In this document: piece by piece, positions 49,217 through 57,826 of the stretch
Numbering within the stretch: position 1 is the first letter of the stretch
How the letters are laid out: every line of letters begins with the position of its first letter
Assembly: GCA_016840065.1 (NCBI GenBank)
Contig: JAEOTB010000054.1
Span: 16,483-80,482, forward strand
DNA length: 64,000 nt
Direction of reading: 5' to 3'
Origin: Candidatus Hermodarchaeota archaeon
Lineage (GTDB): Archaea; Asgardarchaeota; Hermodarchaeia; Hermodarchaeales; Hermodarchaeaceae
The notes under the pieces: generated by a model
Database searches by the model: none
What the model was told of the DNA's origin: nothing
The model's input: the letters and a program-made list of their open reading frames with translations, nothing else
Translations under genes and position numbers: made by a program

Positions 49217-50179
49217 ATGGAACCCGAACTAAAAACTCTAGTAGATGTGTATGGTCGAGAGAACCTCCCCACTCTTTTCTGTTTATTGTTGTCCAGAGAA
49301 CCTATCTTAGTGACAGGACAAGCGGATAGCGAAGCACTATCAATCCCATTGAAGATATTCACGCCTCACCGACGGGTTGTAACTGATCTTGATGTAACGC
49401 AAATATCACCATCCACCATAGTTGAACGCCTAAAAAGGGTTCAAGCCCAGACTTCTGGGAATTACGTGGTTGTTTTCCAAAACATTCCATCGGATTCAAT
49501 ATCTGAATTTGTGGAGCATCTGGACAGCTCTGATTTTAATCACAGCTGGATAGGAAACATTTCAACTCCAGTTGAAGTTGACGCTGTCACCTTCAGCATT
49601 GAGACAAAGGAGTTTCAGGGTGCTAAAATGGCCCTACCAATCCTAACTTTCGCTCAGACATTGCTTGAAAAGGTATTATCAGGACAGCTCTCGCTGGAGA
49701 ATTTCACCCAAGAACTAAGTAACCAAATCAGCATGGCTGAACAGCTCTATAAAAGACTAACCAAGCTCAAAAAGGCCGAGGACCTTGTAGGATTTCTTGG
49801 TCTGGACCCTCAAACCACCAACTTCGATGATATGTCCACACTCTTCCAACAAGAATATGGACTGCCCCTTGCTGATATGCTTCACCAGAGACTGGTTAAA
49901 TTCACCCGCTTAACCAAACTTTCCCAAATCACCTCCTTGACTCTGCTTCGACTACCCCAGCATTTGAAACTAACTGCTATGGCGATGCTTAGGCTCAGGA
50001 AAGCAACAGCTGGTGAGGTCAGTAAGCTGACTACGAGAACTCGGGGGTTAGAATCAAGGTATCTAAACGACCTAGCTAACATGGGCTTTCTCTGGAAAGA
50101 ACAGGAAGGGCGCCGTGCCTGGTTCAGTATTAAATCAGCAGCACCAACTCCAGGAACTGCACCTGAACCTCCCTTCTAG
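49217..50179 (+). CDS. Protein with DENN-core-like N-terminus and C-terminal winged HTH (paralogous to the 47877 wHTH)
   Basis: ENLPTLFCLLLSREPILVTG...L.IF.PH resembles the cDENN start (tentative); LLRLPQHLKLTAMAML...TAGEVS..T.R.R.LES.YL..L..MGFL. Confidence 0.6.
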   Translation: MEPELKTLVDVYGRENLPTLFCLLLSREPILVTGQADSEALSIPLKIFTPHRRVVTDLDVTQISPSTIVERLKRVQAQTSGNYVVVFQNIPSDSISEFVEHLDSSDFNHSWIGNISTPVEVDAVTFSIETKEFQGAKMALPILTFAQTLLEKVLSGQLSLENFTQELSNQISMAEQLYKRLTKLKKAEDLVGFLGLDPQTTNFDDMSTLFQQEYGLPLADMLHQRLVKFTRLTKLSQITSLTLLRLPQHLKLTAMAMLRLRKATAGEVSKLTTRTRGLESRYLNDLANMGFLWKEQEGRRAWFSIKSAAPTPGTAPEPPF

Positions 50180-50302
50180 GCGATTCTAATCACATCGAGT
50201 AAATACAAGAAATTACAACCTCATAGGCATTGACTATCCCCAACACCAAAAAGAATATACTATTCTAGTTGGTAAGTTTTTAGATAACAGAAGGTGAAAA
50301 AG

Positions 50303-52798
50303 ATGGCAGAAGAGGAAACGGACAAAGAGTTACAACAAATAACCCTTCGGGAACGTAACCTAGAATTCTATGAAGCAGCCCAAGCTTGTTTCGCGTGGTA
50401 CCGAAAGAGTCGTGACCATAACTTTGCGGTCCGAGGATGCGAGAACCTCTCAGCGAGTGCGTGGCAAGCGAAGGATAAGGAAGAGATGGATCAGCGGCTT
50501 AGAGAGGTTGTCACGCAATGTCAAACTGTCGCTGCTAATCCGATGCTAAGTGACTCCCAGCGCGCCCAGCTTCAAGGAATGATTTTGGAGTCAGAAGGTT
50601 GGCTTTCCGATCCGCCCGACGCAGACAAGTTCATCGAAGCTGTCAAGGTGTATGTCGATTCAGGAAACGTCTATTACGCCCTACAACTCATTCCCAGTCT
50701 AATTCCCTTTGTCCCCATGGAAAGACAGATCTACTGGGCTGAGTATGGAAACCAACTCGCCGAACCTCTGCCAGATGATCACAAGAACATTTTCTTCATT
50801 CTCTTCTCTGACCCGCTGATAGCTTATGTTGACCTTGAGAAGAAAACGAAAATAGCCGAAGAAATCTTCAAGCGAGCTGAGGCCCTTTCTTCTTCTACTA
50901 CTGATAGCCACCTCAAGGAGTTAGCTATACTCAAGGCTCTGAATACAACCCACCAGTACGGAGTAGAGAGGGACCGAGGTCATGAGATTCGACAAGCAAA
51001 CTTGGATGGGCTTGAGCGAGCGCTTTCTAATATTCACTCCAATCTTTTACGTGGGATCATGCTACAAGTCCTAGGTCTTTCTTATTATCGGCTAGCTGAA
51101 AGAGAAAAGGTTCCTGACATGAGGAGTACTCTATTCCAAGAATCAAGTGGTTTTGCTCAGGAATCAGTTTCCACCTTGGAACGGACGCGAGCATACGGAG
51201 AGTTGTTTAACTCCTATATTCGAGCAGGTACAACTTTTCTTAGCATCGCAGAACTGGCCAAGGATATCGAAAAACGTAACGAACTATATGGATTAGGTAA
51301 GGAGTACTTGCAGAAGGGACGAACGATAGGGGCTAGTACTCAGCTAGTACAACTGCGTGCTAACGTCGCCATCAATCTAGGAGTGGTTATTGAACGCATG
51401 TTGTGGCTCGAGACCGACCTTGAACGTAGAAGGGAATTGCTTCAAGAGGCCTTTGATTTACAGTTAGAGGCTAAGGAGCTCGCTGAGCAAAGTCAGGGAT
51501 ACAGGATGGCAGGTTATGCTAGTATGAACGCTAGCGAGTTCTGTGGGCTGATTTCAGACTTGGTATCCAAGCTCAGTGAGAAACAGAAGTGGGCATCCCG
51601 CCAACTTGGGCTTGGTCGTCAGAGTATAGAATTTTTGAAGGAAACCAAGGATTGGCGAGGTCAAATGGGAGCATACACCAATGCAGCCTTCGCTTATGAC
51701 AAGTTGGCTGAAGTATCTCCCTCCCTTGAAGAGAAACAGAAGCATCTCCAAGAGATGCTTAAATTTGCCTTGCAGAGCCTTGAATTAGTTGAACAGGTCA
51801 ATGACCCCCTGTCAACAGCCTTCGCATATCAGAAAACAGCGGACGCCTACCGTAAGCTTGGAGTTATTTCCGGGGATGTTGAGAAACTAGTTCAAGCTAT
51901 CAAGTTCTACGAGCTATCCAAGGTAGATTACGAAAAGACTGGCGAGAGACACAAGCAGGGAGAAATCAACACCATTCTTGCTGATACGCTGTTGATTCGT
52001 TCAGGTCTTGATTCAAAGTTGCCTGCAGGAAAGCGTCAAGAAATACTTCAGCGATGTCAAAGCATCCATCGTACAACATCGGAATTGTACAACCAGCTTT
52101 TCCTCTTCCATAAAGCTGGTGAGAACCTCTGGAAAATTGGGCAGATACACCTTATCAAGGGTGAGCACAACGAAGCTCGGGAAGCTTTTACTGAAGTGAG
52201 AGACGCCTTCAACAGAATTGCGCGTATGGTACCTGCACTTGCTGAAGGATACAGTTTGTTCATTAAATTCTCCGAAGCCTACATCAGGATTCCTGACGGG
52301 TTAGCTAATTTCGCAAGGGGCGGCTATTCAGAGACTGAAAAAACCTTCAACGAAGTTGCTTCCGAGTTCACAAAGGAGGCAGAGAGTAGCCTCCGCCAAC
52401 TCCGTCAACTCCTAGAGGCTGCAAACTCTGTTTGCCAATTCGTAACCACTGGAAATTCTGGCCCAGCAGAAAAAGCGAAACAACAATTGAACCGCCTCAA
52501 ATCTACACTACAACCTGATGCATACACGCTACGTCTTCCATTCAGTATCCATGATTCGATAAGGAAATTACTGTCCTTCATCGAGGATCCAAGTCAAAGC
52601 TTTCCTCCACCCCTCATTGACCTTCCACTCGAGGAGAAGATGTTGACAATTGCCCAGACTGGACACTTGGTTCGTACAGCCATGAGTTTGTATCAAGCCG
52701 CGTCTCAGCATCAAGAAACCGAAGTCGCTGCGCCAACAGAGGAAACTATCCGCTCCTATGTCGCTCGAATAAGTCAAATGGTTGCCTCCCGAGCGTGA
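50303..52798 (+). CDS. Large alpha-solenoid (TPR-like) protein
   Basis: Repeated helical pairs, e.g. AFAYQKTADAYRKLG...AIKFYELS and AGENLWKIGQIHL...AREAF; 830 aa, no TM. Confidence 0.75.
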   Translation: MAEEETDKELQQITLRERNLEFYEAAQACFAWYRKSRDHNFAVRGCENLSASAWQAKDKEEMDQRLREVVTQCQTVAANPMLSDSQRAQLQGMILESEGWLSDPPDADKFIEAVKVYVDSGNVYYALQLIPSLIPFVPMERQIYWAEYGNQLAEPLPDDHKNIFFILFSDPLIAYVDLEKKTKIAEEIFKRAEALSSSTTDSHLKELAILKALNTTHQYGVERDRGHEIRQANLDGLERALSNIHSNLLRGIMLQVLGLSYYRLAEREKVPDMRSTLFQESSGFAQESVSTLERTRAYGELFNSYIRAGTTFLSIAELAKDIEKRNELYGLGKEYLQKGRTIGASTQLVQLRANVAINLGVVIERMLWLETDLERRRELLQEAFDLQLEAKELAEQSQGYRMAGYASMNASEFCGLISDLVSKLSEKQKWASRQLGLGRQSIEFLKETKDWRGQMGAYTNAAFAYDKLAEVSPSLEEKQKHLQEMLKFALQSLELVEQVNDPLSTAFAYQKTADAYRKLGVISGDVEKLVQAIKFYELSKVDYEKTGERHKQGEINTILADTLLIRSGLDSKLPAGKRQEILQRCQSIHRTTSELYNQLFLFHKAGENLWKIGQIHLIKGEHNEAREAFTEVRDAFNRIARMVPALAEGYSLFIKFSEAYIRIPDGLANFARGGYSETEKTFNEVASEFTKEAESSLRQLRQLLEAANSVCQFVTTGNSGPAEKAKQQLNRLKSTLQPDAYTLRLPFSIHDSIRKLLSFIEDPSQSFPPPLIDLPLEEKMLTIAQTGHLVRTAMSLYQAASQHQETEVAAPTEETIRSYVARISQMVASRA

Positions 52799-52824
52799 CC
52801 CACAATCCAGGTTAGTGAAATAGA

Positions 52825-53715
52825 ATGACGCGCACTATCACACTGAGTTATCTTGTTGCCTTTAGTTTGGGTGTCATTTCCTTTGTCCTGTTAATGACAT
52901 TCCTTGGTTGGGATTTGATTGCGTTCACCAACCCAACCTTATTGTTCATACCTGCTCTCTGCTCTGGTATCGTCATGAAGGTTCTCGGCGGATTAGGTAT
53001 AGCGATTAACTACGCGGTGTTTTGTCAGTTAGTCTTTAGGACTTTCTCAGGCTCTATGAAAGGGCGGAAGGGACGAGTAAGGACCTTTAAGGTGATATTA
53101 TTGGTCGTTGCCTTTGTGCTTTGTGGGTATGCGTTGTATCGCATCATAGGTGCCTTCTTCCTGTCGCAGCCTCAGACCCTCTTTGATCTTATACTGAATA
53201 TTTACGGAGCAGTATCCCTGATGGTCTGGATTTACATTCTCCCAGCAATTCGGGGCAGCTATGGTGAAGGCGACAAGAGTGTGCTGGATCGCATTCGTGC
53301 GAAGATAGGGAATGCCCGGTTTTCTCTGTGGAAAGGATACCGTTATCGAATTCGTCGAGATTATGGCACAGTACAGGCAGCTGAATATGAACGTCTACAG
53401 GGGAGCCTTGATGATGTCCGTGGGCAGTTGAGTGGCCTCCTGTTGCTTCCTCTCGCGTTGATTCTGCTCTTATTCCCTCCGCTAATAGGTGTGGTTCTTG
53501 TTCTTTGGGTTAGGCTTTTCTCGTTGAAGAAGAGGCCTCTAATGAAAGGAGAACGGCTCATCCTTGGGATTGTTAGTGCCAGTATCTTGATGATGAGTCT
53601 TTTCATCAATCTATTCATGAGTATGCCCTCGATGACCTCATATCTTGATTTAACCTATGGTTTTGCGATTCTTGCAGGTGTTTTCCTTCTGGCTTACCTC
53701 GTCCTCAAATCCTAG
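52825..53715 (+). CDS. Polytopic membrane protein (~7 TM) with a basic cytoplasmic loop
   Basis: Hydrophobic segments; 27 bp downstream of the solenoid gene. Confidence 0.7.
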   Translation: MTRTITLSYLVAFSLGVISFVLLMTFLGWDLIAFTNPTLLFIPALCSGIVMKVLGGLGIAINYAVFCQLVFRTFSGSMKGRKGRVRTFKVILLVVAFVLCGYALYRIIGAFFLSQPQTLFDLILNIYGAVSLMVWIYILPAIRGSYGEGDKSVLDRIRAKIGNARFSLWKGYRYRIRRDYGTVQAAEYERLQGSLDDVRGQLSGLLLLPLALILLLFPPLIGVVLVLWVRLFSLKKRPLMKGERLILGIVSASILMMSLFINLFMSMPSMTSYLDLTYGFAILAGVFLLAYLVLKS

Positions 53716-53887
53716 CCCATCTCGGGCTTCTAGGGAGTGGTTAGTTCTCTCCGCTATCTGTATCAAGTGAGGGGTGCCAAAGTGGGTTGCCTACCAATGC
53801 AGCAACGGAATCCGGCAGGTAACAACAGGAGGTTCATTATCTCTTCTAGTTGGGTTAGGGGTTCACAACTGTCTACTTGTTCATGCA

Positions 53888-55609
53888 TTATAACACCACC
53901 TTTACTTTTGCATCACGAGGTTCTGGGAGCAAATCCTCACCGATGATTTGACTCAATCGGTCAAATTCGCTTAGAATTGAGCCGTCAGCGTCAACTGCAA
54001 TACAGGCACCATCTATTATTCGTGTTTGAATTGTCCCCTGAGCATTGGGATTGCCTTTCAATCCAGGTGCATCAAGAACTCCTTGCCTTAATGCGAGAAT
54101 ATAGGTTTCGGGGTTCAAGAGTGGATGAACTGCTTTGTTTTGAGGCAGTTTCATTAAAACACTCAGCAGCATTTTCGCTTCCGATACGAGCTGTTCTTTA
54201 CGTTGTATGATCTTTGGATCTAGCTGATAGTTCGGTAGACCTTGTAAACTTTCCTTGACTACTTGTCGTACAATCTTACAGCTTGTAATGATATCGCTGG
54301 GCGTCGCAGCATGATCTGCTTCACAGAACCCAACTACATGGAATATACTTGGTTTCAGATGCATAGCGGTATAGGCTGAGGCTGCGATTTGTCCCTTCGC
54401 TGCATCCAAGTCGACAGGAAGGCTAAGGAGCCCAGCTCGAACTTGTCGATGAACCCTGAAGAATTGATCCTCTAAGGTTTCAATTAGCTCTATCGTTGCC
54501 CACATTTTAGCAAGATCCATTACTGGTGAAACACCTAGGGGCGTATTCAGCATAAACTGAGCGATGTAATCACGTGTACCTACAACTTTTGCAATATAGG
54601 CTGACCAGTAGGCTGCCGCAACAGCAATTGTGTCATGAGCTTGGCGAAGGCTCCAGTGATGTGGCTCGTTCACCTCAACAGGGATACGATGCTGCGCGTG
54701 CCACCGAAGATTTTCGATATTCTCGCGAATAGCGAGAGCTAGAGACCGTTTACTTCGTCCGTCAAGAACACTATACCAATTGATTGGTGTTGCATTCCAA
54801 GCACTCTTAATCGTCTTGTCTAACAAGATTGCCCATTGGGTTAAATCCTGAGTACCACTGTAGCAACGAAGTAACGGGTAATTCCCCTGCTGCGCAGCTT
54901 GATAAATTGAAATCAAATCTTGCTCTGACCGGACAGGTACACCACCTGCCCCTTCGAGAGAGGCGACCATTTCATCAGGACGGAAGAAGAATTGCTGAGC
55001 GTTCTGGTCAGGTGCTATGGAAAGGATATCCAGACACCTACTTCTGGCTATTTCTCCAACACCTTGAATCGTCTCTTCAAGGCTGGGTAAACCAAAATGA
55101 TGTCGGATTAGCGGCCAGGGGCTTCGCTGAGACATTCGAGGCAGTAATGATTTCTTGTAGATACCACTTCGCGAAGATAAATGGGAACCAGTCATCTTCT
55201 CAGGTGAACAACCACTAGATAGAAACATCAACACCTCTTCTTCTGTGGCGCTCCCATCAAAACAATAGTCGAATATTTTAAGCGGGTGAACTTTTTCAAC
55301 AACTGGTGTTGTTCCACCAAAAATCCATGTTCTAGGAGTAAGCTTACGACGCTTCAGAGCGTGTGCCAATTCTTTGACGAGTTGATAAGCAGCCTTTGGC
55401 GTAAGCCGGTAACTAAGCGCTACGACGGGCGCATTGGTTTGTTCGACCTCATCAAGAATGGTTTTCACGGGAATTGCAGGCCCAAGAAACTTGGTTGAAT
55501 AGCCCTTGGCGTCAGCAAGTTGCAGGAAGTTGAGGATTCCCGCAACGTGCACACAATTCCCCAGACAGGCACCTAGAATCAATTTCCCTTGAGAGGTGGA
55601 GCCTGTCAT
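53888..55609 (-). CDS. Cobalamin-binding protein with C-terminal mutase-like (TIM-barrel-type) domain
   Basis: N-terminal B12 domain CVHVAG...VALSYRL...WIFGG (variant of DxHxxG-SxL-GG); large C-terminal catalytic domain. Confidence 0.75.
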   Translation of the reverse strand: MTGSTSQGKLILGACLGNCVHVAGILNFLQLADAKGYSTKFLGPAIPVKTILDEVEQTNAPVVALSYRLTPKAAYQLVKELAHALKRRKLTPRTWIFGGTTPVVEKVHPLKIFDYCFDGSATEEEVLMFLSSGCSPEKMTGSHLSSRSGIYKKSLLPRMSQRSPWPLIRHHFGLPSLEETIQGVGEIARSRCLDILSIAPDQNAQQFFFRPDEMVASLEGAGGVPVRSEQDLISIYQAAQQGNYPLLRCYSGTQDLTQWAILLDKTIKSAWNATPINWYSVLDGRSKRSLALAIRENIENLRWHAQHRIPVEVNEPHHWSLRQAHDTIAVAAAYWSAYIAKVVGTRDYIAQFMLNTPLGVSPVMDLAKMWATIELIETLEDQFFRVHRQVRAGLLSLPVDLDAAKGQIAASAYTAMHLKPSIFHVVGFCEADHAATPSDIITSCKIVRQVVKESLQGLPNYQLDPKIIQRKEQLVSEAKMLLSVLMKLPQNKAVHPLLNPETYILALRQGVLDAPGLKGNPNAQGTIQTRIIDGACIAVDADGSILSEFDRLSQIIGEDLLPEPRDAKVKVVL

Positions 55610-55611
55610 AT

Positions 55612-56760
55612 CTATTCAACACTCTCCATTTCTTCATCTAAAGACAGTAATATATCTGAATGAGCGATAGTAGCCAATGAGCCGTGCCATACGTATAGCT
55701 GCAACTCGATTGCAGACAGATTTTCGATGCCCAGACATTCAGCTGTTCGCCCCTCCTTCCAGAAATCACGTCCAGTCAGGTGGCAAGCCATATCTACAGC
55801 TGTACATATTGCGGGTGTAGCTACTCCCACTGATTCACCGATTGCTGCCAGAGGTACAAGCCCTGTGGGAACATCTTCCCAGATATACCGGTGATCAAGA
55901 GATTTGGGTGCTCCAAGACCCTGATAACATGATGTGGTCTGTAGGCACTCATAGAGGTTCTGGCCCTTGGAATCATAGACTTTCCGGAGCCATTCTGCTG
56001 CTGACAAGAGGTTCTTTCCTAATGCTCTTCCAATGGTTACTCGTTCAGTGTCAATCTTCTCAATAAACTGTGCTACGGTTGGTGAAACACCATCAAGATA
56101 ATGATTATACTGGCCATTAGTGGATTCAGCTCGACCAGTATTGAGGATAAGCGGTGCAGGATGAAATACCGCCCCAATATTACTCAAACCCGTTTCCAAT
56201 ATATCTGCTGCTTCCCGAATACCGGGTAAGATCTTAGATATCTGTTCACAGACTTCTTTGGTGTGGGTGCCAGGGAAGGAGGCTATAGGCAATTCCTTCT
56301 TGATAGCTGAAACTTGGGCTTGCCCTGGACCAATGACTCTACTTACCAGTGGAAACGTCTGGGCTTCAGAGATAACCGGCGACCACCCGATTCTACTCTC
56401 TAGGATTTTAGAGAATTCTAAGGCTCCACCGGTTCTTCCAGGGATGAGGAGCACAACATGCTCGGGTGAGAGATACTTCGCACATTGTACAGCGAGATCT
56501 CTATGAGCGGAGGCAGGGACAACAAGAAATACTAGCTTTGCGTGGGAAAGGGCTTCCTGGATTTTTGATGAGCATTTTGCCAGCTCTGCAAATCCTGAAA
56601 CAACACCGTCAACCTCTATCCCGCCCTGCTGGATAATGGGCTTAATACGGGCTTTTGACCGATTGTACAGGTACACCCCGTGCCCATTAAGGGCAAGATA
56701 CGCTGCTAGCCCTTGTCCGCCGTGCCCGGCTCCTAGTATAGATATATTTTCTGTAAACAT
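55612..56760 (-). CDS. NAD/NADP octopine/nopaline (opine) dehydrogenase family protein
   Basis: ILGAGHGG Rossmann motif, VPASAH, PGRTGGALEF, N.GAVFHPAP, D.ER, HRY..EDVPTGLVP. Confidence 0.9.
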   Translation of the reverse strand: MFTENISILGAGHGGQGLAAYLALNGHGVYLYNRSKARIKPIIQQGGIEVDGVVSGFAELAKCSSKIQEALSHAKLVFLVVPASAHRDLAVQCAKYLSPEHVVLLIPGRTGGALEFSKILESRIGWSPVISEAQTFPLVSRVIGPGQAQVSAIKKELPIASFPGTHTKEVCEQISKILPGIREAADILETGLSNIGAVFHPAPLILNTGRAESTNGQYNHYLDGVSPTVAQFIEKIDTERVTIGRALGKNLLSAAEWLRKVYDSKGQNLYECLQTTSCYQGLGAPKSLDHRYIWEDVPTGLVPLAAIGESVGVATPAICTAVDMACHLTGRDFWKEGRTAECLGIENLSAIELQLYVWHGSLATIAHSDILLSLDEEMESVE

Positions 56761-56841
56761 AATGTCTCCCTCCAAGATAGGTTTGTGAACGGTTTGCGAG
56801 GCGAATCTTTCGCTAGCGAAATTTCCTGTTAGAAAATGGAG

Positions 56842-56894
56842 GTTACGGGTCGTAACTGTAATATTTTTTACCGTTCATGTACTTGACCGTAAAA
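56842..56894. promoter_or_regulatory. Candidate operator palindromes between the opine dehydrogenase operon and its regulator
   Basis: GTTACG-GGT-CGTAAC (56842-56856) and imperfect TTTTACCGTTCA-N5-TTGACCGTAAAA (56866-56894). Confidence 0.5.
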
Positions 56895-57019
56895 CTTTTT
56901 ATAGATGGTATTTAATAAGTCTTTCGGGCACTCTTATATCTAAAAGCCCTGCTGGTGAAATTCTGCCACAAAGTCATGAACGTCAGGCACGCACGGTAAA
57001 ATCGCCTAAATCGGCTAGA

Positions 57020-57562
57020 ATGCTAGTTAATCCCATAACAGCTAGTATTCTTCGCCACCTAGCAGAAGAAGAGCATTCGCTTGCTGAGTTAGCGAGCATT
57101 ATGGGTTTGAGTAAAAGCCGAGTTAGTTATCATCTACACCAACTTGAAGAAGAGCACTTGATCGAAAAGACTCGCGAAGATGTTTACCGGGGTGGTGTAA
57201 GATCGTTTTACCGAGCTTTTTCAACTCTACAACTCCCTAGACTTTCCTCACTTTCTGGTGCTGAAAGGGAGGCGCAATTGCTTCCCATCAAGACTTTTCT
57301 CTGGGGCTACCTTTTGGGCAAGTTTGAATCTAGCGCATGGGATTTCAAACACCTCGTGGGGAGGAAAATTGATGAATATGCCCAGGAGCTCGCAGAAACT
57401 CTTGTCGATATGGTTGAGAAAGGCGAAGAAATTGGAGAAGGTACCGCTGACCTGCTTTATCTTCGGCTCCTGAGTCGGTTAGCGAAATCCCACCTTAATA
57501 AGGAACGCATCAAGCTAGAACAAATTGGTCTAGTTCGCGAATCGGATAAAGGTCAAGACTAA
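57020..57562 (+). CDS. ArsR-family wHTH transcriptional regulator (possible upstream CTG start at 56963)
   Basis: NPI...IL..L.....S..ELA...GLSKS.VSYHL..L....LI; divergent from the opine dehydrogenase gene. Confidence 0.85.
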   Translation: MLVNPITASILRHLAEEEHSLAELASIMGLSKSRVSYHLHQLEEEHLIEKTREDVYRGGVRSFYRAFSTLQLPRLSSLSGAEREAQLLPIKTFLWGYLLGKFESSAWDFKHLVGRKIDEYAQELAETLVDMVEKGEEIGEGTADLLYLRLLSRLAKSHLNKERIKLEQIGLVRESDKGQD

Positions 57563-57690
57563 CTCATAACTCGATGATATCTCGTTGAGGTTATGGCAAA
57601 CACCAAGTTGGCTAATACATAGGGCTTTTGGGGCTCCTAATGGCATGTTTTTATAACGTTGTGAAACACTTTTTCATGATAAAAGGGCAC

Positions 57691-57735
57691 ATTAATATAT
57701 GACAATGTGTTCCGTTGTTAGTAACACGGTGTTAA
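57691..57735 (+). promoter_or_regulatory. TATA-like box followed by an HSR-like operator upstream of tfb
   Basis: ATTAATATAT (57691-57700); CGTTGTTAGTAAC identical to 18177-18189; GTAAC-ACGGT-GTTAA at 57721-57735. Confidence 0.55.
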
Positions 57736-57826
57736 ATTCATTCGTTGGAGTGGGGAGCAATCGGTTGATACGAATGGGACACTTGCATTAATGAATGGCT
57801 TAACACACGGTGCCATATAAGATGGG

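Noticed and set aside
53888-55609. Methionine synthase or methylamine corrinoid protein
   Set aside because: No cap, pterin-binding, homocysteine-binding or reactivation domains recognisable, and no radical-SAM CxxxCxxC motif
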